A stretch of 64,000 nt of DNA from Felis catus (taxonomy: Eukaryota): contig NC_058383.1 of assembly GCF_018350175.1 (NCBI RefSeq), positions 11,720,001 through 11,784,000 on the forward strand, given 5' to 3'. Below, piece by piece: positions 24,731 to 34,500 of the stretch. The position numbers and the translations under genes are program-made. Under the pieces are notes generated by a model that saw nothing but the letters and a program-made list of their open reading frames with translations, made no database searches and was not told the origin of the DNA. Position 1 is the first letter of the stretch, and each line of letters starts with the position of its first letter.

Positions 24731-25930
24731 AATTAATGAAGAGAGGAAAAAAATAAGGCAACGCGAGAGATCGTTCTTTTGCCTAGCAAATGGAGGAAGA
24801 AATAAATTCTAGATAATAATGCTGGGCCGTGTATGGTGAGCTCGAAATCCTCCAAACAGCTGATGGGAATATAAACTGATACCGATTCTGAAAACGCTTT
24901 CTGCCGATACATTCGATGATCTTTTAAAATGTTTATACCCTTGACACAGTGATTCGGTATGGAGGGATCTGTCTTGAGAAAATAATCAGACAGGTGGGCA
25001 AAGATGTATGAATCGGGCTGTTCACATTTCTGCATTATTAATAAACGAGGAGAGAAAATTAGAGGGAAACTGCTTCCTGCATTCCAGCCTCTGTGCTAGG
25101 GACTCCTTTCTGGGGTTCACTGGACGCAAGGAGGGCATCTCCCCCGATTTACGTCACATGAAAGCAGTTCAGAGAGGTTGAGCGGCTAGCTCCGAGACAC
25201 CCAGCAGGTAGGCAACGGGGCAGGAACCCGGCCCTCCCATGCTAATTCTGTTGCCCTTCCTGCTGTGGCATCACTCTTCCCTGTTTGTTCAGGTAGCCAC
25301 GGTCAGGTTACAGCTAGCGTGACTCAGCCCGGAGGGCAGGAGTGAAATTATTGGCGGAATTGCAAAGAAAAGATGGTTTGACGAAAACTTTATTACTAGG
25401 AAGAAGCAAAGTGCTCAGAGCCCAGTCTCCCAGGCATACGTGAACTTGGAAACTTCCAGAGGCATCGATTGCACTGACGATGCAACCTGTCTAAGCAAAG
25501 ACAAAGCTCTGAGCGGGGCTGCCCAGGAGCCGGGGGTGCATGGGAGAGACGTGCGTAGCTGCAGAATCCTGCCCTCCTCATGCCTCGGCCAGTGGGGGAT
25601 GTTGGGGCAGAGAGAAGGAAGAGTGGAGGGGGAGGGGAAAGGGGCATTTGCCATTTCCTCTTGGGCCCCCATCGATCCTCCTTCGGTCGCCGCTCTCATT
25701 TTCCACCTCCCCCCCAACCCCAGTGCCTGCCGGTTGCATTGCTTCCTTGTTCAACGCTGCCCTCAACCTGTCTCTTGTTGGCCCCCAGGAGAGAGAGCCG
25801 CGCTAGTAAGGACTTGGCTAAGGGAATAACAAGGGTCCGGCAGAGCATCAACTTGAACCTCTCTCTGGCATTCACTCTGAGAGGAGATAACCCAGTAGAA
25901 CCTCTTGATATGCGGGATCAACAGCCCGGG

Positions 25931-26493
25931 TGTGGCGGTTTGAAGATGTGTCTGTGAATTCTGTGACGGACCCCCAGTCGAGAGGGGGAGTTTGTGTGCC
26001 CCCCCTCCCTTGAAACTGGGCAGGCTTTTGTGATCGTCTCTGGATAGAATGTGGCAGAGGTGGGGCTGCTTGGTTTAAAAGGCTGGGTTAGAGAAGGCCA
26101 AGGTCGGGCATCTTCTGCCCTAACCTCTGGGGCAATTTGCTTTGAAGTCCTGAGCTGTTAGGCAAGGGCTGGGCTTCTCAGAAGCTTCCGGGCTGGAGGG
26201 CCCATGCAAAATGATGAGGGGGCAGGGGGAGAGACAGAGAGAGAAAGAGACCAGGAACTCCGTATTTGTCCCAACTCTGAATCTTCCCAAGCTTGGGCAC
26301 CAGACACATGAGTGGGGCAGCCTTCAGAAGACCCAGCCTGGCCACGGTCTCATCACAACCCCCTGAGTGAGAACCAGCCAGCTGAGCCCAGTCAATCCCC
26401 AGAACCATGTGAGGCAAGACTACACTGATTGTCATTGTTTTGTTTGGCTAAGATTTGGGGCCATCTGTTACGCAGCAAGAGATAACGGAAACA
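25931..26493 (+). mobile_element. MaLR solo LTR, MLT1G/H-like
   Basis: TG...CA termini; cccttgaaactgggcagg, cagctgagcccagtcaatccccagaacc, tgttacgcagcaagagataac. Confidence 0.85.
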
Positions 26494-26844
26494 TCTGGAT
26501 TCTGCCACCGACAAACACCGGGATAACCGAATCACGCTGTTGCTTTCCCGACTCAGTGTATCTGTAAGACACCAGTGGTGATGTTACCTCTCATCAGACA
26601 TTTTTTTTTTTTGCGAGCCGCATAAGAGATGGTGTGTGTAACATGTTCGGTAAACTGTCAGAACATCTCCTAACGTTGACAGTGACCTGAGGCAGCACCC
26701 ACGCGTGTGGAAACATATCCCCAGTGATGGAAATATTCGAAACTCAACGTATCCCAAGGCTATGGAACAACCGAGTGCGTTCTTCTTTGCTTAGGACAGT
26801 GCTTGACCTAATGGAGTTGCTCGAATAAAAATGCTGAAACCCCT

Positions 26845-27075
26845 GGGGATGGGCACTGGAGGTCACATATGCTGGGTTCACAACCCGGTTCTGTCACCTA
26901 CTAGCTGTTTGATCCTGGGCGAATTACTTAACCCCTCTGTGCGTCAGGTGCCTTCTTAGTAGAAAGTGGGAAATAATAAATACAGGGTCAGGTGTCACGG
27001 AGATGAAAAGGACCCATTCATGTGATGAAACAATGCCGCTTTGGGGTAAATAGAAACTCTACGCACAAGGTAGTC
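26845..27075 (+). mobile_element. MIR
   Basis: ctgggttcacaacccggttctgtcacctactagctgtttgatcctgggcgaattacttaacccctctgtgc. Confidence 0.85.
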
Positions 27076-27249
27076 CATTCAGTGGCTTTGCTATGTCCCT
27101 GGTCCTGGGGTTCCCCTTCTGGGTCAACCAAGGCCAGCTCTCTCCACCTCCCCCATGGGCCCTCGTCCCTCCAGAGCTACACTGAGTAAGGCTTCACTGC
27201 TCTTTTATGAAAACTCTCCCCAGGGTTCTGAGCAAATTTATAGTGATGG

Positions 27250-27631
27250 TGTCTTAACGCCCGGCACCTCAGAATGTGACCTTATTTGGAAATACGGTCA
27301 TCGCAGCTGTACTTAGTTAGGATGAGGTCATACTGCTGTCGGTGGCCATCGATCCCACGACTGGTGTCCTTACAGAAGAGGGACAGTGATGTTAGAGAGA
27401 CACGTGGAGGAGACCACGTGAAGGTACGTGCCGAGACTGGAGTGATGCCTTCGCAAGCCGAGCACCGTCTGGGGAAGGGGTCTCCCCTAAGAGCCTGCAA
27501 CGGGAGCCCGGCCCCGATGACACTTTGATTTTGGACATCCAGCCCCTAGCACTGCGAGAGCACAAATCTGTGTTGTTTAAAGCCACCCGGTTCTTGGTGC
27601 TTTGTTACGGTGGCCCCAGGGAATGAACACA
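27250..27631 (+). mobile_element. MaLR solo LTR, MLT1B/C-like
   Basis: cagaatgtgaccttatttggaaata, ttaggatgaggtcatact, tgttgtttaaagccaccc. Confidence 0.88.
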
Positions 27632-28193
27632 GCCGGTCGGCGTGTCCTAAGCATCATTTTCAGGGTTCTCTGAAACTCATCAGCGTCCCGGTGAAGGAAG
27701 GCTATCTCCTGGCCGAGACCTGGGGATGTAGAATGGGACCCACAGGCGCCTGAGTCACGTGGACACCCCAGCCCGGACCACAGGCCCGGTCGGTACAGCA
27801 GTGTTCTGCAGGGGCACAGAAGAATGTTCTAGGGTGTGGCTCTGTGCTCCGTGGGTTCTGGGAAAGCCACAAGGGGGGGAGAGAAGCGCGGCCTCAAGTG
27901 CATGTGATTTTTTCAGCCCTGTCGGGTCCAGTGTTGCTGTGTGGCCGCTGGAGATCATCCCCTACTTCCTCCTGCGGCTCCTGAGCCTCCAGAAGGGGCC
28001 GCACAGCAGCTCCTTGGCCCACCACCCCCCCGCTCCCCCCGCAGGTGCTGTGAGGTCAAGGCTACAACAACTGCTCCAACACCCGGCTCATTACAGGGCT
28101 TAGGAGTCAGATCCAGCCTCCTCGGAAGCTGTTGCGTGGTCCACTTGCTACAGTGCCAGAAGCCAGAAATCGCTAAAAACACCTTTCCGTGGC

Positions 28194-28214
28194 GGGGGGG
28201 GGGGGGGGGGGGGG
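28194..28214. repeat. Poly-G run (~21 nt)
   Basis: Directly visible. Confidence 0.9.
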
Positions 28215-29500
28215 TGGCGGCACGGGGCAGACTGGCCGGGAAAATGATCTCCAAAGCCATGGCCTTGAAAGAGCCAGCTGCTGGGTGTTGAGGCCTTCTC
28301 GCACTGCAAGTGAGCCATCTTTGAACCTTCCAGCTCCTGTGCCAATCAAAGGGAGGCTCAGCAGCCGAGGTGGTGGGGGCAGAAGTCTCCGCCTGCTGGT
28401 GGGGGTGTCACCGAAGATCCCTGGCCCTAGGATCGCTTGGAAGTTTGCAGGGAACTTGCCTCTTCGAACGTAGCCGGGCCAGAGCTCCGCAGCACGGGTC
28501 ACTCGTGCGGCAAACATAGCCAAGGAGGGGATCCCTTCCTGTGTTGCAAATATGGGCTGTTTGTCAGAGTATCTATATGCGGGCGGGGGGGGGGACACTC
28601 CTGGCATCCTGACGTTGAGTGAGCTCCCCAAGTGACAGTTCTGTGGCCGGACCGGCAGAACTCTGCAGTCATTTTTTTTTTTTTTTTTTTTTTTAATGTG
28701 CCCAACCTGATGTTTCCCTAAACATCATCTGTTCCAAGAACATGAAGGGCGGTGTGTCCGTTGAATGGTGTTCTTTAGAGATGGGTTTTCTGGGGGCAGG
28801 TGAGGTCTGTGAGGAGCTGATGACAAGGGGATTTGGGGAGGGAGACAGAGGGGTGCCGGGGACAGAGAGCATTCGAATGCAAAGAGGGCGAGGTGGGCAG
28901 GCGTTGGGGCTGGGGTGGGGGTTGCTTCTGGCTGCGGAAGAGATTGATTGAGTTGCAGGCCAGAGTCCGGTCACTGGAATCACATCAGCTCTGCCCCTGG
29001 ACACACTGGGCCACCCCGAGCACAGCCGTGAGCCACCTGTGGCTGGTGAGCGTGCAGGGCAGAACTTCTGGATTGCTCTAGCATTGACAGTTAAGGTCTC
29101 TCTGCCACCCTTCTCGTGGGATCCGGTCAGACTGCGCCTGTCAGTGTTTAATTCATCTCGTGTAACACTTCTGCTTTTCTTAGTCACAAACCCGCTCCCA
29201 CCAAATCTTCTTTGGGGTTCGTAGGTTTGCCGGATATCTGTGCTCAGAAGGAAGGGTCTCATCCTATAGCACATGGGCTCCTGACGGCTTCCGGGCTCGA
29301 TGCAGCGAGACCAAGGGGCAAATCTCTCCCGGTCTTAGGTAGAAGTTTTCCTTCTTTTCCTGAAATCTGGGCGCTGGTTTGCATTCCTGCCCTTCTGGGC
29401 GGTCCTAACTTTTACCCCACGTGGGCTTATTAAGACATTCTTTCCACTTAAGAAATAGGATTCTTCCTAAGATACGCTGCGGTAGCCGAGTTTCTCCGTA

Positions 29501-29722
29501 TTTTTTTTTTAACGTTTTTTTTTATTTTTTATTTTTGAGACAGAGAGAGACAGAGCATGAACGGGGGAGGGGCAGAGAGAGAGGGAGACACAGAATCGGA
29601 AGCAGGCTCCAGGCTCTGAGCCATCAGCCCAGAGCCCGATGCGGGGCTTGAACTCACGGACCGTGAGATCGTGACCCGAGCTGAAGTCGGATGCTTAACC
29701 GATCGAGCGGCCCAGGCGCCCC
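29501..29722 (-). mobile_element. SINEC_Fc-type, no visible TSD
   Basis: Full length; flanks do not match each other. Confidence 0.95.
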
Positions 29723-30279
29723 AGTGAAAGTTTTCTTCGCGCGACAACTCAGTTGGTACAGTTTCTGACTCCCCAGGAAGCAAACTCAGGCTGGTTCAGC
29801 TACAGAATCATCCCAGAGGTCACCTCTGCCCTTTGAAGCCTGTCTCACCCTGACCGCTGCGCGGCCCAGCCTGGGATCTTCGGCTCAGCCCCACTCAATG
29901 GTAGTCGTGCCGTTCCCTGTCCAGGAACCTGCTTCGAGTCTTCAAGGTCGATCCCCACCTGGCTCAGCTGTGCGGACCCTCCAGTGACCGGGTCCCTGCC
30001 CCGCTCCATTCCATATCTCAACGGATGCTGACACGTCCACAGGGAACTCTGGGTGGCCAGTGTGGCCTGACGTGAAATTGGGCCTCCCCGAGACTTGGGC
30101 CAACTCTTAGCCCTGAAAGGCAAGACTCCCACCTACGGTTGTGGTAACGTCGTGGTAGCAGGTCCGAGGCTTTTCAACCCACCCTCCTTATCCTTACGAG
30201 CCCGTGTGATAGAAGGGCCTTATCGCTCTGCATGGCTCCCCCCTTCCAAGCCCTGTCCTAAAAACCTGGCTGGCTTCAG

Positions 30280-30460
30280 ATCAACTGGCTAATTACTTGT
30301 GCTGTAATGATCAACCTGCCTAATTTATCACTTCTTTGAACATTTAATTAGCCAGCAGTGAAAGACAATTAGGTTCTGAATTAGGATAAATTAAACTGCT
30401 AGCTTAGCAGCTCTAAGGACATGGAAACTATAACCAATTACATCTACGAAAAGATTTGAC
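30280..30460. promoter_or_regulatory. Candidate enhancer / conserved non-coding element
   Basis: Seven TAAT/ATTA cores in 30290-30393 plus CTTTGAA, in unique AT-rich DNA within GC-rich flanks; conservation not verified. Confidence 0.45.
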
Positions 30461-30710
30461 AGAACTTTCAAAGAGCCAGAGTCTGTCAGGGGCTAACAGC
30501 CTGATGTGCCAAATATTCCGGAGAATCTAGCAGGGTGGTGGGGGGGGGGGCGGAGTGTGGGGCAGGGGGAGGGAGGGCCGTTTTTTAGCTTGGAGAACAG
30601 AGAGGGGAGATGCACACCTTGAGAAAGGAAAAGATTTGCCTGGAGCAGCGTTTGGATTTTTTGCCCCCAGCTAGAAAACGCTCGTAGCATCCGTGACCAT
30701 GGGCCACGCG

Positions 30711-30823
30711 ATTATTTTGTAAATTTTATTTTTCAGTCATCTCCACGCCCCACGTGGGGCTCGACCTCCCGGCCCTGAGATCAAGACTCCTGTGCTCTAC
30801 CGACCGGGCCAGCCAGGCGCCCC
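30711..30823 (-). mobile_element. Short tRNA-Lys-derived SINE (no CT tract)
   Basis: Reverse complement GCCTGGCTGGCCCGGTCGGTAGAGCACAGGAGTCTTGATCTCAGGGCCGGGAGGTCGAGCCCCACGTGGGGCG parallels tRNA-Lys(CTT), followed by an A-rich tail. Confidence 0.85.
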
Positions 30824-32809
30824 TTTTTTCAAGGTTCAAGTACGACTAGAGATTTGCATAGTAGCTTGCCCAGTGGTCATGGTTAGGATCACTGTTTCGC
30901 TAGTCCGAAGACCAGAGATGGTACCCCAGGGTAGGTATATACAAAGACCCTCGGACGCAGGGCTTCCCCTCCAGACAGGATGATGAGGACCAAAGAGAAG
31001 GGGAAGGAGGAAGACAGGAGGGCAGGAACCTTCTTGACTTTACCCTCTTTCTGGGATTTTCCAAGACCGCAGAAGGATCTCTTGTGATCTCTCTGTTACC
31101 ACAAAGCAGGCTTTGAGCCTCCTGTGATTCTGCTCTCTTCCTCGCTTGTGATTTAACACCTCTCCTAAAGCCTTGTACACATGGTTCAGGTCTGGCCCAC
31201 AGCTGGGCCATGAATGATCACTAACGGGGACTTTGCATGTGGGGTTGGATTTTGTGTTCCGGGAGATTCCTCCCCCTCCTCGCTTTCCAAGCACGGTGCC
31301 GTCGGCAGTAACACGCAAGAGATCCACCGGGCCAAGGGGAACCTCAGCCTAAAAAGAATCACCAGGTGTCAGGGCTTGACTTGTGACCTCTGCCATTTAC
31401 AGCCTTTCTTGCACGGAACTCGTGTCGACAGCCCCAGTCGTGGGTGTGACCGGGGCAGCCACCGAAACCAGCGGCACGCGGCGGCCAGCGGGAGGGGGGA
31501 AATGTGATGCACAGACGTGTGCGTGATTGAAGACAGCTTTCCACAGCCCTGAGCCGAGTCACAGGCTCGGGGAAGGCGCTGTCACGCTTCCAAGCGCCTA
31601 AGAAGAGGGGCACCAAGACACCAGAGGAAGATGTTTTCAGCACGATCGACGGGCAGTTTGAATCGCTTCAGGAAGGAAAGTGGCTGGCACGCTGTGAATG
31701 TTTGGAGGAAAGTGAGGGTGCGAATACAGGGAAACCCCCCAGTGAGGAGGAATCTCCTCACAATCTAGAAGCCTCGGAGGAGGAAGCAGCTTACGAGAGA
31801 GTCGGGACAGAGTGGCCCATCTGACCAGTCCCAAAAGTCAGCTCTCCCTAGCGTTCCAACTCTCAAGGTCTTGTCTGGCTGAGTTCGCATCCAGATCAGC
31901 AAGACTGGTTCAGGAACAAACTTCGGCATCCCGGCTCCTAGACTCACGGTGTTCCTTGTCTTGCCTCCCTCCAAATCCCATCCAAGACACGACGCTAGCG
32001 ACAGCCAAGGAACGTCCTAAATCCTTATCGTAAAAGAGGACCGCAGTCCCTTGAAATGTCTGGTCAATCAGGAGCGAACAGCCGATGTCGCCTCAGGAGA
32101 CTCTTCAGGGAGCAGAGGTTCACACCAAAGCAGATGTCACAGACCCTCCGCATCAGCCCAGAAAATGTTGGCCGGTATGCATTTCATGGGCACGTTTAGA
32201 GCAAACGAGTAATATTCTGCATTGTTTCTCCAAATGGCATCATATCATTGCTTCATTGAAGCCATGCTTCGTTGAAAGGCTCCAATTAAGGGAAAGAATG
32301 AAGTTCCTGTAGGGTAGCTCTCTGTACATATTAGTCTGAGGCTCTCAAATTAGAGACCGAATCGCAGGTCTCTGTTACCATGAGAACCACGGCAGCATTT
32401 CTCCGGCTGTTAAAATTATTAACTCAAAGAACATGCATCTTCTTAAACTCGGCCTGTTATTTATCTACTGTTCCATGGGCTTGTCTGCGCCTGGAGTGAA
32501 CTCGATTAATCACCAGTGCAAAGAGAGAGAGCAGCTGCGACTTTCTTCCCGTCTGCAGCGGCAGGCGTTGGCAATAGATTTCTCCGTGTGGCTCTATCCC
32601 TCTTGGAGGGTAGAGAAGAGGAGGGACTGAGCCGCTCTGGAGTGAAGACAGTCTGAAGGAGCCTGAGACGATGATAGAGACTGACTGATAGAGAGCGGCT
32701 TTCAATCCCTCTCTGCCACTGCAGGCAGCGATCGGTGACCAGAGGCCTCCGTCCGCTTGCCAGGTGACTGGGTCCTGGGCCAACTCCCCAACTAAAGGCA
32801 AAGACTAGT

Positions 32810-33010
32810 AACTGTGAACTACAACGTGTCCATCACCTTGTACTGCCACAGAGCGCCCTCCGAGCCGTTCATTCTGTGAATCTCCCAGGAAAGATGCGGT
32901 ACTATTCCCATTTCACAGAGAAAGAAACTGAGGCTGAGAGCCACCCACAAGTTGCTCAAAAAGCCAAGCCAGCGGGTGGGGAACCTGGGCTGCAAAGCGA
33001 GATACTGTTT
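32810..33010 (-). mobile_element. MIR
   Basis: attcccatttcacagagaaagaaactgaggctgagag. Confidence 0.75.
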
Positions 33011-33044
33011 CAAAATCCCCTGTTCCCCGCCCCCCTCCAAACCC

Positions 33045-33660
33045 TGGGCAGAGGTGTTTACAGCAGCTTTGTCCGTAATTTTGCTCAGCCTTGAAAGCAA
33101 CCAGTTCCACAGCAGGTGAATGGATCAGCAAACTGCGGCACAGGCAGCCCACGGCATATTACTCAGCCCTAAAAACAAGTGAGCGATCGAGCCACAGAGA
33201 GACAGAGAGGAATCTTAAAAGCTTATTACTAAGTGAAAGAAGCCAGGCTCTAAAGGCTACATACTGTCTATTGCAACTATGTGACATTCTGGAAAAGTCA
33301 AAACAATGGAGAGGGTAAAAAGGTCAGTGGTTAGGATTAGGGTCAGGGTTAGCAGGGCATTAGCAGGGCAGGAGGGATAAATAGGCAGAACACTGAGGAT
33401 TTTTAGGGCAGTGAATGTAGTTTGTACCATACGATCATGGTGGATACACATCTGTCCAAATCCACAGAACGAACAACTCCCAACAGCCAACTGCAATGTA
33501 AACCATGGGTTTGGGGTGATTACGATGTATCACTCTGGTGGGGGATGTCCATGTGGGGAAGGCTCCACCTGCGTAAGGACCAGGGATATATGGGAAGTCT
33601 CTGTATCTTCCTCTCAGTTTTGCTGTGAACCTAAAACTGCTCTGGAAAACAAAACAAAAC
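33045..33660 (+). mobile_element. L1MC-type 3' end
   Basis: ctaagtgaaagaagccag, tgacattctggaaaag, ends ttttgctgtgaacctaaaactgctct. Confidence 0.85.
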
Positions 33661-33999
33661 AGAAACCTTGGGGAAAAAATCTCATGCCTTTTCCTTGTTA
33701 TCACCAGACAGAAGAAGCGAACCGACTGCCATTGAAAAGGTCAGATGAAGACAAGACACTTGTGACCCGACACCGTGATGGGAAACGGGAGAGGGGAAAA
33801 TGAGCGTCGGAAGCCAGCGGGGCTCTACAGGAACCGGGGTTCAAGGCTGCAGGGGCACAGAGCCCACCCAGCAAAGGCTCCGGCTGGCCGGCCACGCCCT
33901 TGCTCAGCCTTGGCTATGATCATTCATTTTTCGAGTGCCACAGTGCCTGGTCACATGCTCTGCCTGTGTCTGATTCATTCCCTTAAGGAATCTGTCTAC

Positions 34000-34500
34000 C
34001 CAAGCCTTGCGTGTGTAGAGAGAGGCGCACCCCTCATGCGTGCGCGGTGGGAGGTGGTCTCACAAAGCAAACACGCACCAAGCTCCCCGATCAGAACGGA
34101 GTCTTACCCACACTCCAGAAGGTCTGCCGTATCTTTGCTCGGTCACTACCTTTACTCTGATTGCTAATATGTTAGTGTTTCCTGTTCTGGGGCTTTACAG
34201 ACGTGGAATCTCGCGGTGTGTCCTCTTCTGAGCCTTCCTTTTTGTTAAACACTACGTTGTTAGCTCCATCCATCTTGCGCGTGCCTGGCGTCTGTCCATA
34301 TTCTCTGCTGCGTCGTACTCCCGCGGGTTAACCAACCCCGACACGCTTTCCTTCCGCTTTTGTTCACCTGACCAGTTTTCTAGTGTGGAACTGTCACGAA
34401 CTGTGCGGGTGCGCACGTTCTGTGTGTTTTGGGGGGAATCTGTGCACATTTCTTTGGAGTATAGCCCAGGAGTGGAATTGGAGGATGACGGAAACTTTCC
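34000..34500 (-). mobile_element. L1ME-type 3' fragment, unusually CpG-rich
   Basis: Collinear with reverse L1M 3' end (ttcctgttctggggctttacagacgtggaatc...atttctttggagtatagcccaggagtggaatt). Confidence 0.65.

Larger units (their letters stand above)
19140..25050 (+). mobile_element. Ancient fragmented L1M ORF2 remnant interrupted by younger insertions
   Basis: Endonuclease-end motif (attggccatata...ttttccgatcacaat = IGHI...FSDHN) at ~19630-19712; 'IGRLNI'-coding block at ~21108-21125; ORF2 3' region at ~24760-25045; collinear order. Confidence 0.7.

Noticed and set aside
27750..28660. GC-rich block with overlapping ORFs, possible CpG-island promoter or exon
   Set aside because: CpG density is modest, the ORFs have no recognisable domain and are inflated by G/C runs, and no convincing exon structure is visible.
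29501..29722. Full-length SINE without a TSD, possible SINE-SINE recombination scar
   Set aside because: Absence of a TSD alone cannot separate recombination from target-site deletion or decay without an orthologue.
30711..30823. Possible tRNA-Lys gene
   Set aside because: It has the SINE GGGGC leader, a mutated B box and anticodon arm, and an A-rich tail: a retroposed tRNA-derived SINE, not a functional tRNA.
33330..33372. Telomere-like TTAGGA TTAGGG TCAGGG TTAGCA
   Set aside because: Only one exact TTAGGG, inside the G-rich part of an L1MC 3' UTR; too short to call an interstitial telomeric sequence.
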